Below, in pieces: positions 42,528 to 52,510 of a stretch of DNA of 64,000 nt. Origin of the DNA: an uncultured Gemmatimonadaceae bacterium (GTDB lineage Bacteria > Gemmatimonadota > Gemmatimonadetes > Gemmatimonadales > Gemmatimonadaceae). The position numbers were made by a program, and so were the translations under genes. Within the stretch, counting starts at the first letter, position 1. Every line of letters starts with the position of its first letter. The DNA lies in assembly GCA_963829055.1 (NCBI GenBank), contig CAWHHI010000016.1:1182192-1246191 (forward strand), written 5' to 3'. The notes under the pieces are model-generated. The model had not been told where the DNA came from, ran no database searches, and saw nothing but the letters and a program-made list of their open reading frames with translations.

Positions 42528-42989
42528 ATGCCTGTAACCGTCGGAGTCAATTTTCTGAGCGTCGTGCATGCGAGCAGCAACGGCGTCACGATCGCGTTTC
42601 CCGATGTGTGCAAGACGCCATCGCCGGCGGGGCCGATTCCGATCCCGTATCCGAACATCGCGCAGTCGTCGGACACGGCGTCGGGGACGACGAAGGTGAA
42701 GTGCGACGGGGAGTCGACGTGCGTCAAGGACTCGAACTTCAAGATGAGCACCGGCGACGAAGCCGGGCAGCGCGGCGGCGGCGTGGCGTCGAACAAGATC
42801 AAGGGAAAGGCGGAGTTCGTGAACTTCTCGTTCGACGTGCAGTTCGAGGGAAAGAACGTGCCGCGGGCGTTCGACCTGATGCTGCATAACGACAAGAACA
42901 CGCCGCCGTTTCCGGTGCTGCAGGGGCCGGTGATCGTCGTGCCGTCGGATCAGCCGCCGAAATGCGCCATCTGTGACAAGACGCTCTGA
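42528..42989 (+). CDS. DUF4150 PAAR-like spike tip protein
   Basis: FPDVCKTPSPAGPIPIPYPNIA, STGDEAG..GGVAS, SFDVQFEGKNV. Confidence 0.9.
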   Translation: MPVTVGVNFLSVVHASSNGVTIAFPDVCKTPSPAGPIPIPYPNIAQSSDTASGTTKVKCDGESTCVKDSNFKMSTGDEAGQRGGGVASNKIKGKAEFVNFSFDVQFEGKNVPRAFDLMLHNDKNTPPFPVLQGPVIVVPSDQPPKCAICDKTL

Positions 42990-43029
42990 CGCATCCACGT
43001 GTCAGGGCCAACCGCATGGGTTATCGACC

Positions 43030-43826
43030 ATGGCAGAAGAAAAGACGCGGGCTGACGAGCACGCTGAGGACAAGGTTGCGTTCGAGAACATGCACAAAGC
43101 TCCCAAAAGTACGGAGGGAGGTGCGTGTCTAACCGGCCACAACGCGCGTCGGAACCGAAGAACAGGCCGACTGTCCCCGGTCAGCTGCAATTACCGCTGG
43201 CAGGCATACAAGTGGGCGGCTGATGATGACAGTGCCGCGTATGACTATCCCAAGTACAAGGAGCTTTGCGGAATGCCATCAGCGTTTCCGATGCGGATGT
43301 ACGGTGACGACAACGGCGACGTGACGAACCTCAAGCCGCACGCGTGGGACGTGACCGGGAGCTCCAAGAACTTTCAGACCAGCTGCAACACGCCGTACTG
43401 GCACGAGGCCCACCACATTGTGCCACACGGCGAGCTACGGGACTCTATCGCCGGGGTCGGCCCTGGGCCGCTTGGGGCGGTGTACACGAACCGATTCGCG
43501 GCGGTCTTCTCAAGGAGGAATACAACCTGAATCACAAGGGAAACATGATAATCTTGCCGCTCGACGACACTGTGGCGAAAGCTCTGGGGCTTCCGCGTCA
43601 TTGTCAAGCGCCTGGGCATCGTTCACACAAGGCGTATAGTGCCCACGTGAGAGGACGGCTCGACGAGGTATTCGGCGCTATTCGCGAGCAGGAAGATGAG
43701 CACGCCAAGTCGCCCGCCTACAAGGCGTGCAGGCAACAAATTGAAAATATTTCGCGAACAATGCGGAGCGACATCGAGAAGGCGGGCGGCGAAAAGTCCC
43801 TGGACGAGGCATTTGCGAACAAATGA
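43030..43826 (+). CDS. AHH-family (HNH-type) nuclease effector (frameshift near 43490)
   Basis: WHEAHHIVP, YNLNHKGNMIILP, LPRH...H..YSAHV; directly follows the PAAR-like gene. Confidence 0.8.
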
Positions 43827-44405
43827 GCGCGTTCTATCGTCTCAATACGGAGGGCGACCTGAACGACGACAAGCTCGCCCTGATCGAAGACTACGTGTCC
43901 GGCCTCGAGATGAAGGACTGGAAGACGAAATTTGGAAAGTCCGCCGCCAAAGACTGGCCGAACGACGCGACCATTAAACTGCGCAAGACGAGTGGTCGCA
44001 AGCTGACCGATCTGTTCAGCAACATCGAACAACCTCATCGTATCGAAACGGCTTCATGACCTGCTCGCCGACCAGTGCAAGAGCGCCGAGGTCGAATACT
44101 TGCCGGTGCGTATCCACGATCATCGCGAGCGTCTGCTGAGCGACGAGTATGTGATCGTCAATCCGATCGGGACGTTCGACTGCCTGGATCTCGAGGCGAG
44201 CGACGTACTGCGGGACAAGGACGACGCAGCGAAGATCCTCGCCGTCAACGAGATCGTACTGTCCGCGAAGAAAGTGCAGCACGCTCCGCCAATCTTTCGA
44301 ATTAGGGAGAAACCAGCCTCGTATATTGTCTCGCGTATCGTGGCGACGGCGATCTCCGACGGCGGTTTCTCCAACGTCCGGTGGCAGGCCCTCGAGCCCA
44401 AGTGA
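43823..44405 (+). CDS. Putative immunity protein, Imm11/DUF1629-like (frameshifted)
   Basis: ATGA overlap with the toxin gene; EYLPVRIHDH..YVIVNPIGTFDCLDLEAS..PPIFRI. Confidence 0.7.
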
Positions 44406-45490
44406 GCCCGCTCGGCGCTCTCGCCGTCACCGCGTTAGGCGCTGCCACCGCTGTTGGCCGCGGCGCCGTCGCCTCCGCGGCCGCGATCCGCGCCGGTATC
44501 GTCCGGCCACGCGGGCTCATCGAGCCCGAGGTCCTCGACGAAGAGACGCACGAACCTGTCGCCGTGATTGGACATCCGGTTCGCGGCGTAACCGATGGTT
44601 TCGCCATGCTTGGCCGGTGGTTGCGACTGGCGAACGCCGCCGTCGGCGATCTGCTCCGGTCCACGCCGGGCGCAAGTCTAACGCGGGATGCATGGCGGCG
44701 AACGGCACGCATCCTCGCCACACCAGTCGCGAACCCCGACGTCTTCCTCGCCGAACCCGAGCAAGTCTTTGCCGCTATCCACAGCGAGGTTGGACTGGCA
44801 CTGCTCGAGGAGTTGGAGCTGGCAATCCCCGCAGCGAAGACCGAGATCGCACCGTACGGCCACGTGGCGTTCGCGGCCGCTGTAGAGCGAGCCAAGCTCA
44901 GGATAGGCGTGGATTGCGATCGCGTGCTCCTAGTTGCCGTCGACTCGCTCATCGACCCGCTGGTGCTCGAGTGCCTCATCAATGAGGACCGACTCAAGCA
45001 CGGGGGTAACCCGGTGGGTCTTGCGCCGGGTGAGGCGGCAGTCGCTGTCCTCCTCGAGCCCGCACTGTCCACCTCAAGCCGCGCTCCGCTCGCCCTCGTC
45101 CTTGGCTCGGCGATCGATCGATCCGAGCGCAACGTTCACGCGGAGGTCGATCGGGCGGTAGCCAACGTGTGCGACGCCGCGCTCGCGGACGCGGGGATGC
45201 AGGCAATCGTTGGCGAGATTTACCTTGATCTTACGGGCGAGGTCTGGCGCGCCCGTCAGTGGGGTAACGCCCTTCCGACGCTGCAGGGGAGACTCGAAGG
45301 CGAGTTCGTGTTCCCGGCCGCGTGCGTTGGTGACGTGGGAGCGGCAAGTGGCGCACTCGCCGCGTGCCTCGCAACGCGCGCATTCGAACGCGGGTACGGG
45401 ACGAGTGGGCGAGCCGTGGTCGTGTCGATGGCGGACAACGGGAGTTTATCATGCGTCGTCCTCGCCCGACCCGGCATGGTCGGATCATGA
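44402..45490 (+). CDS. Ketoacyl-synthase/thiolase-like T6SS adaptor-associated protein
   Basis: AAIRAGI, VAVDSL, PGEAAVAVLL, DLTGE, PAACVGDVGAASG; family usually linked to DUF2169/DUF4150. Confidence 0.7.
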   Translation: MSPLGALAVTALGAATAVGRGAVASAAAIRAGIVRPRGLIEPEVLDEETHEPVAVIGHPVRGVTDGFAMLGRWLRLANAAVGDLLRSTPGASLTRDAWRRTARILATPVANPDVFLAEPEQVFAAIHSEVGLALLEELELAIPAAKTEIAPYGHVAFAAAVERAKLRIGVDCDRVLLVAVDSLIDPLVLECLINEDRLKHGGNPVGLAPGEAAVAVLLEPALSTSSRAPLALVLGSAIDRSERNVHAEVDRAVANVCDAALADAGMQAIVGEIYLDLTGEVWRARQWGNALPTLQGRLEGEFVFPAACVGDVGAASGALAACLATRAFERGYGTSGRAVVVSMADNGSLSCVVLARPGMVGS

Positions 45491-46036
45491 AGGGCGCGCT
45501 CTTTCTCCCAGTGTACGAGAAGGGCTTCCTAAACGACAACCAGGAGCTCCTCCCTGCCCTGCTGGAACGCCGCCACGGCGCACGACTGGCGCTCGCCGTG
45601 TGCACGAACTGGCGGCGAGCGGCAATCGCGGTACTCCTACAGAGTGGCCGAGCGGATCAGTTCCACCGTCGTCTGCAACGAAGCGGCAGCGCGTTCCTCC
45701 ACTTCATTCGCGGCACGCCACCAAGCTCGACGCGGCTCACCGACTCGGCACCATTCCTGGATGCCATCGCCGCGGGTGATTTCGCGACCGCCGACGATAT
45801 CGCGCGGCATTCCAATCACCGATGGATCGAGGACGAGGAATATGAGGAGGATTTCCTCTTCTACGAATTCTTGATGACCCACGCTCTCCCGGGCGCGCCC
45901 GCGGATCCGGCGAACGCGATCCTCGATCGGTGGGACGCATGCCTAGCCGGCACGGACGATCAGCGGCTTCCGGTTTGCCACGCGATGGTGGGCAAGGACG
46001 CTGCCGCGTTCGACGCGGCGTTGATCGACTACCCCT
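45487..46036 (+). CDS. Imm49-like immunity protein, apparently 3'-truncated
   Basis: PFLDAIAAGD..IARHS..W..DEEYEEDFLFYEFLM..DAAAFDAAL, then protein-like sequence is lost. Confidence 0.55.
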
Positions 46037-46241
46037 ATGACTCGCGTGGCGCATGGGCGCGACGTCACGTCGGCCATCGCTCCAGACGCCTTCGGCTGGC
46101 TCGACATGCAGGCGCGCTACGAATGGTGGATGCGCGCCCGCTTCCGTGGCACGTGGGCCGGGTCGCCCATGCAGCTCGAGGTGTTTCCGCAGCGCTGACG
46201 AGCGATGGCGCTCGGTCGCTCGCACGACGTTAGGCGGCGCG

Positions 46242-47018
46242 CTACCGGAGCCGCAGCAGGAACAGGATCAGCGCCACGGCGACCGCAACCGCTGCCGCGA
46301 TCTCGGCCGGCCGTATGGGCCGCCTTGGGGCCCGCCTCGCCGCGGGTGTGTCGTTAGGCGCCGCCGGCCCTGACCGGCGCGTCGGAGTCGGCGCGGTCGC
46401 ACCACCGACCGCTCGCTGGATGATCGTGACCGCCGGGCGCGCCGCCCCGGCTCCGCGCGCGGGCGTGGCGCCCTCCAGCTCGACCGCCTTCAACGTCCGC
46501 GTGACGCCAACCTCGAACTTCTTGTTCAGGTCCTTCTGCAGCCGGAGCGCCACGATCTTGCCGTCCGCGAGATCGCGCGCGAAGTAGACGAGTCCACCGC
46601 CCTCCGACCGCGGGAATGTCGCCGAGAAACTCGTACTGGCCCTCTGTCGCGGCGCGCACCTTATCCCGCAGCGCCGCGCGCGACGCGTGTTCGCCGGATG
46701 ACGGCGCCTCGCCCGACACATCGAGCCCGCATTGCGTGCAGAAGCGCGCCCACTGGCGGAGCTTACCGCGACAGCGCGGGCACCTGAGCTCTATGTCCGG
46801 CACAGAGGCATCGAGCTCGCGGCCGACGTCGAGGAAATACTGCGATCCGCCGGCGCCGTCATCGCCCGGCTCGAGCTTGAGCACCACGAGCGCCTGCCCC
46901 GCAATCTCACGGGCGAGATAGACCACCCCCCGTTCGGACTGGCCCCAATCTCCCCGAGCACGTCGAACGTGCCCGCGGCAGCTTCGCGAACAGCGACGTA
47001 GAGGCCTGGGTTCGACAT
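46242..47018 (-). CDS. Membrane protein with two kinase N-lobe-like units around a zinc ribbon (two frameshifts)
   Basis: Reconstructed across three frames: TFDVLGEIG..VVYLAREI..VVLKL, CPRC..CTQC, QYEFLGDI..GGGLVYFARDLADGKIVALRL, C-terminal TM. Confidence 0.65.
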
Positions 47019-47233
47019 GACTAGAGGTTGAGGGGGCGGCGCAACTGCCGTCGTCGGCTCGACATGGCGGGCGACCGTGATCGAGACCAAGCTGGAGCGT
47101 CCTTCTGTTGCGACTCTGACGCGGATCAACAATAAATGTGACTGCGGGCCGGGTCGAGCTGTAACGGAGAATCGAGGACGAGGCCCCGACTTGCTTCGAC
47201 GTCGCGCGGGTCGCACTTTGCCGCACCCCCAGG

Positions 47234-50200
47234 ATGACGCCAACCTCCACTTCCACGTGTCCGACCTGCGGCGGGGCCGTACTTCCAGGCGACCGGTTCT
47301 GCGGTAGCTGCGGTAGTCCCGTCGCGGTTAGCGCGTCCGCGCCAGCTTCGTCCAACCAGGTCCCGCCAGCACTCGACACGGTCGACCTGCCCGTCGGGGA
47401 CACGTCGCCTGGGGCGCCGTGGCAGCTCGGCTCCAGTCGGCAACGCTCGGGGAATTCGAGATCCTGACGGAGCTCGGCCGCGGAGGGATGGCTGCGGTCT
47501 ACCTCGCACGCGACCTGGCGCTCAATCGGCGCGTCGCGATCAAGGTCATGGCACCCGGTCTGATGCTCGGCCAAGGTATGGTCGAGCGGTTCCGGCAGGA
47601 AGCAATCACCGTCGCGAACCTGCAGCACGCGCACATCGTCTCGATTTACGCGGTTCGCGCGCTCGACGATCTGCACTTCTTCGTCATGCAGTTCGTCCCC
47701 GGCCGCACGCTCGAAGGCGTGCTTCGGGAAGGCAGCCCGCTGCCGATCCCCGTCATCCGCGCCTGGCTCTATCAGATCGGCGCCGCCCTTGGGTACGCAC
47801 ATCGCCGCGGCGTGATCCATCGAGACGTCAAGCCGGGCAACATCCTGCTCAACGCCGACGGCGAGGCGATCGTCACCGACTTCGGCATCGCGAAGGTGGC
47901 CGAGACACCCAGTCACACGCAGACGGGTACGGTCGTCGGCACTCCGGTGTACATGAGTCCCGAGCAGTGCTTCGCCAAGGAGCTCACCGGCGCGAGCGAC
48001 CAGTATTCGCTCGGGATCGTGGCGTACGAGATGCTCGCTGGACGCCCGCCGTTCTCCGGATCGAGCTTCGCCCTCATGCGCGCGCATACGGATGACCCCC
48101 CGCCGTCCCTGCGCGCCGTACGCCCAGACGTCCCGCCGTCGATGGAGGCGGCCGTCGAACGCATGCTGGCGAAGAAGCCGCAGGATCGGTTCGCGACACT
48201 CGCCGAAGCGCTCGTCTCGTTAGGCGCCGGTCCGGTCTCACCGGATGACCCGTTGCACCTGACGCTGCAGCAGCTCGCCGCAGCGAGTGAGCGGCTCGAA
48301 CAGCTCGGCGGGCTGATTCGAACGCCAGCCAGCCCAATCCCGAAGACGCGCGAGCGTCCGAAGCCCCCGGCCCCGATTACGCCGCAGACCCCGGTCCCGT
48401 CGACGCCGTCGCTCGTCGTCGCGATGGAACCGCCGCCGTCGGACCTCGAGCCGGGCGCCACGACAACCCTGCGCGCCGCGGTGAAGGACGCCACCAGCGG
48501 GGAGCCGGTCCCCAGCGCCGAAGTCCACTGGACGAGCAGCGCCGTTTCCGTTGTCGAGGTCGATGCCGGAACCGGACTCCTCCGAGCAGTCGCGCCAGGG
48601 AGCGCCGTCATCACCGCGACAAGCGGCGTTGCGCGAGACGCCGTAGACGTTGTCGTCGCGGAGCCGAAGCCGGCACACATCGAAATCTCGATCCCGCCGG
48701 GTGCGTGGCACGTCGGCGATGACGTTGTCGTAACGGCGGTCGTGACGAGCCGCTTCGGTATTCGTGTCGCCCGTCCGATCGAATGGTCCGTCGAAGACGC
48801 GTCCGTTGTCGTCATCGGGGGGAGCGCTTCGAGCGCGGTGGGTGCATCCGTGACTCTTCACGGGCGAGCGGGTGGGACAACGGGCATCGTCGCAACGTGT
48901 GGTGGTGCTGTTGCCCGCGTGAACGTGCGCGTCGTTCCAGCAATCGTCACGGAGACGCCGATCGCCCCGACCGCAGGTGAAGACCAGGCGCGATCGAGGC
49001 CGCCCGCTCCGAGCGCCACTGTCGTACTGCCGCCGATGCCCGTAGCGATTCCGGCGTCGACGCCGATCGCACCCGAACCGCCGTCACGGCTGTCATTGCC
49101 ACCCGAGGCGCGCCGTGAGAAGCTGGTACACACGCCGGTGGACACGCGGGCAAATAAGGCGGCGGTATCAGCGGGCGACGTCGCAGGCAACGCGGAGCCA
49201 TCCCGCGCGGGAACATGGCGCTGGGTCGCGGCGGCAGTCGCGGTCGTTGGAGCGATCGGCTACCTCGCGTCGCGGCCGTCCACATCCACGCCGTTGAAGG
49301 CCGATTCGGCGGTGGCGCAAGCACCCGATTCGCTGACGGCTCCATCCATCGACACGACAGCGCGCGTCGCGACCAGCCCACCCGCGTCGGGGGCGAGCAC
49401 TTCGGCCACGAGCCCCGAGTCCACAACTACGCCCGCAGCGACGGAATCGTCGTCAGTCCGCACACCGGTGGCGCCCACGCCGCGTCGCATCGACGTTCGA
49501 CCGTCGATCCCCAAGCCCATCACGCCTGGGCAAACACTGACGCTGGCGGCGAGCGTTCGCGACTCGGCAGGTGAGCCAATGTCGCGCGCGCGCGTTACGT
49601 GGTCCAGCAGCGATTCACGCATGGCGGTCGTCGATCCCACGCGCGGGATCGTACGAGGGGTGAGCGCCGGGACAGCGCGCATTACGGCGCACGTCGGCGA
49701 CGTCGTGTCGACAATCACCGTCGCAGTCAGTGCTCCCGCAGTGGACGCCACGGCCGTTGCTGGCGTCGATGTCTCCGATGTGCGCCCGATGACGGTCGGC
49801 GAAACGACGCGATTGACGGCCATCGTACGCAACGCGCTGGGCGCCACGGTGAGCGGTACCGACATCCAGTGGAGCTCGTCGAATGCCGATATCGCGGCCG
49901 TTGCGCCTAACGGCTTGGTGACGGCGCGCGCACCGGGCGTCGCGACAATCCGTGCGTCCGCCGGAGGTCGCACTGGCGATCGTGCTGTGACCGTCCGTGC
50001 AAAAGAGGTGGTGGTCCGTCCAGACACGCCATCAACGCCTCCACCAAACGCGGGTGCGCCCGCCCCCGCGAAGAGCGAGGCGGAGCTGCGCGCCGAGGTC
50101 CAGACCGTACTCATGACGTTCGTGCGAGCGATCGAAGCGAAGGATACGACACTCATCCGTCGTGTATTCCCGACGGCCAGCAGCGTGGTGATGACGCGAT

Positions 50201-50427
50201 GGCAAACCACGTTCAACGACGCTCGTGGTCCTATCCGCCTCGCCGGCGACGCGGCGCAGATCACCGACACCCCGCGCGACGCGGCTGGCGCGCAGGTGCA
50301 CGCGCGCGCGAACTACTCAGCCCGTTTTTCTTCGCGATCGGGACGTGCAGACGTGACCTTTCCCGTTCCCATCATCGCGGTCCTCCAGCGTGACGGCGGG
50401 ACGTGGCGCATCGTGAGCATGCAGTAG
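47234..50427 (+). CDS. Membrane Ser/Thr kinase: Zn ribbon, kinase, Ig-like (Big_2) x2, TM, Big_2 x2, NTF2-like C-terminus (frameshift near 47425)
   Basis: CPTC..CGSC, LGRGGMA, HRDVKPGN, DFG, WTSS/WSSS Big_2 motifs, WVAAAVAVVGAIGYL TM, LQRDGGTWRIVS. Confidence 0.9.
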
Positions 50428-50547
50428 CGAGGCTGTTGCGGTAGCGCGCGCCGCCTGTAGATTCGCCTGCTCCCGGGTACGTGGCACCATGGCGCCGGGA
50501 CCATCCCGCTTACCGAGGTGGCGGCGAATCATGCCGCCTGACGATTC

Positions 50548-52416
50548 ATGCGCCTAACGACCAGCACGATCGGCCTCGCCCTGCTCGCGACCGTGGTGGC
50601 GTCGTGCGGCGGAGACGGCGGAAGCGGGCCCGTTGCCACAACGATTCGTGTGTTGCCGGACGCGCCGTCGGTCCAGGTTGGCGAAGCCGTGACTCTCACG
50701 GCAACGCCTGTGGACGCCAAGGGCAATGTCGTTGGCGTGGACGGGACACTCGCGTGGACGACGAGTGCCGCCGCAGTCGCGACCGTCGACAACAACGGCG
50801 TTGTCACGGGCGTCGGCGCCGGATCAGCAAACATCACCGCCACGATCGGGCGGGTGACGGGCAGCACGACCGTCACGGTCCTTCGCGTCCCGGTTGCACG
50901 CGTCGAGGTCTCTCCCACCCCCGTGTCGTTCAATCGGTCCCAAACGCGTCAACTCACGGCCAGCGTGTTCGCGGCCGACAACTCCGCATTGGGAGGTCGA
51001 ACGATCAGCTGGACCACCAGCGACGCCGCGGTCGTCACGCTCACGGGTACGACTGGCGCCACCACCACGCTAACCGCTGTCGCTCCCGGAACAGCGACCG
51101 TGACCGCCACGAGTGAAGGGATCAAGCGCGACGTGCCAGTGACCGTGCAGCCCGATCCCGTCATCGCGTTCACGCCCACCGCGGCCTCGTTCGGCTCGAC
51201 GGCTGGTGGTCCAAACCCGGCAGTGCAAACGATCACGGTGTCCAACGCTGGTGCCGGCACGTTGAACGGCCTCACCGCCGGGACAATAACGTATGGAGCC
51301 GGTCAACCTGCCGGCTGGCTCACGGCCGCCTTCAGCGGGAGCACGGCGGATCCGGCTCCGCTCACGCTTCGCGCAACCACCGGGTCGCTCACGGTCGGTG
51401 CGTACACCGCGTCAGTCCCAGTGGCATCCAGCGTCCCCGGAGTCGCCGCGAAGAATCTCGCGGTGACGTTCAACATCGGTTCAGCGATCATGCTGGGCGC
51501 GACACCTGTCAGCGTGTCCTTCAACGCACCTGCAGTAACGGGCAATCCCGCAGCTCAGACGGTGAACATATTCAGCGTGAACGGTAGCCCGATCACCGGC
51601 CTTGCTGTGTCCGCCATTGAGTATGGCGCTAGCCAGCCTACCGGTTGGTTGGCGGCCTCACTGTCCGGCACTGGGACGGCGGCCACGCTGACACTGCAGG
51701 CGACCGTAGGATCGTTGCCGAGCGGGACCTACACCGCGAACGTACCTGTCACGGCGGCCGCGGCCACGAACAGCCCGCTCAAGGTGCCCGTGACGTTCGT
51801 CGTTCCGGCACCACTCATTGCGCTGTCGGCAACGTCCGGCAGCTTCGTCGCGCCGCAGGGCGTTGGCACGGCACCGTCTCAGGCGATCACGGTTTCCAAC
51901 GGTGGTCGCGGTTCTCTGAGTGGGCTGCAGGTTAGCGTCACGTACGGCGCCGGCGCGACAAACTGGCTCAGCGCATCGCTCAGTACGGGGACGGCACCCG
52001 CCACCCTCACGTTGACACCGACGGCCAACACGATTGCCCGCGGCACGTACTCCGCGAGCGTGCAGGTGTCCGCGGCAGGTGTCGGGAACAGCCCGCAGAA
52101 CGTCACGGTGTCGTACGCGCTGGTCTTCACCTTCGACCAGCACATTGCCGGCACGCTCGCGAGTACCACGGCGGGCACCGGGTGCTCGAACAGCTCGTGT
52201 CATTGTATCGGCGGCCAGACGCCGGTGCTCGCCGCGGGGTCCGGCGACGTGTATGCGCGCTTGTTAGGCGGCTACGTCACGCCGGGAAATCTCGCGGCGA
52301 GCTTGCTGTATCAACGCGTCAACGGCTCACCGAGCGCGATGCCGCCCTCCGGTGTAATCCCGACCGTTCGCGACGCGATCGCCGCGTGGATACTCGACGG
52401 CGCGAGGCGGAACTGA
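50548..52416 (+). CDS. Lipoprotein with Big_2 and BACON-like Ig repeats and a C-terminal cytochrome c-like domain
   Basis: Lipobox VVASC, WTTS Big_2 motifs, repeated GWL..S/G.YTA units, CSNSSCH, PGNLAASLLYQRV..MPP..IAAWILDGA. Confidence 0.75.
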   Translation: MRLTTSTIGLALLATVVASCGGDGGSGPVATTIRVLPDAPSVQVGEAVTLTATPVDAKGNVVGVDGTLAWTTSAAAVATVDNNGVVTGVGAGSANITATIGRVTGSTTVTVLRVPVARVEVSPTPVSFNRSQTRQLTASVFAADNSALGGRTISWTTSDAAVVTLTGTTGATTTLTAVAPGTATVTATSEGIKRDVPVTVQPDPVIAFTPTAASFGSTAGGPNPAVQTITVSNAGAGTLNGLTAGTITYGAGQPAGWLTAAFSGSTADPAPLTLRATTGSLTVGAYTASVPVASSVPGVAAKNLAVTFNIGSAIMLGATPVSVSFNAPAVTGNPAAQTVNIFSVNGSPITGLAVSAIEYGASQPTGWLAASLSGTGTAATLTLQATVGSLPSGTYTANVPVTAAAATNSPLKVPVTFVVPAPLIALSATSGSFVAPQGVGTAPSQAITVSNGGRGSLSGLQVSVTYGAGATNWLSASLSTGTAPATLTLTPTANTIARGTYSASVQVSAAGVGNSPQNVTVSYALVFTFDQHIAGTLASTTAGTGCSNSSCHCIGGQTPVLAAGSGDVYARLLGGYVTPGNLAASLLYQRVNGSPSAMPPSGVIPTVRDAIAAWILDGARRN

Positions 52417-52510
52417 TTTCCCCCAAGCAGCCGACGCCGGGTTCGCGCCTCACTCCGTCGCAATGGCCTAACGTTCGACCGCGCTTGGGGGATTGCTCAG
52501 GGCGATCCCA

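Noticed and set aside
44402..45490. Fatty-acid or polyketide biosynthesis gene
   Set aside because: No catalytic Cys motif or ACP partner is evident; context matches the DUF2169/DUF4150-associated thiolase-like family.
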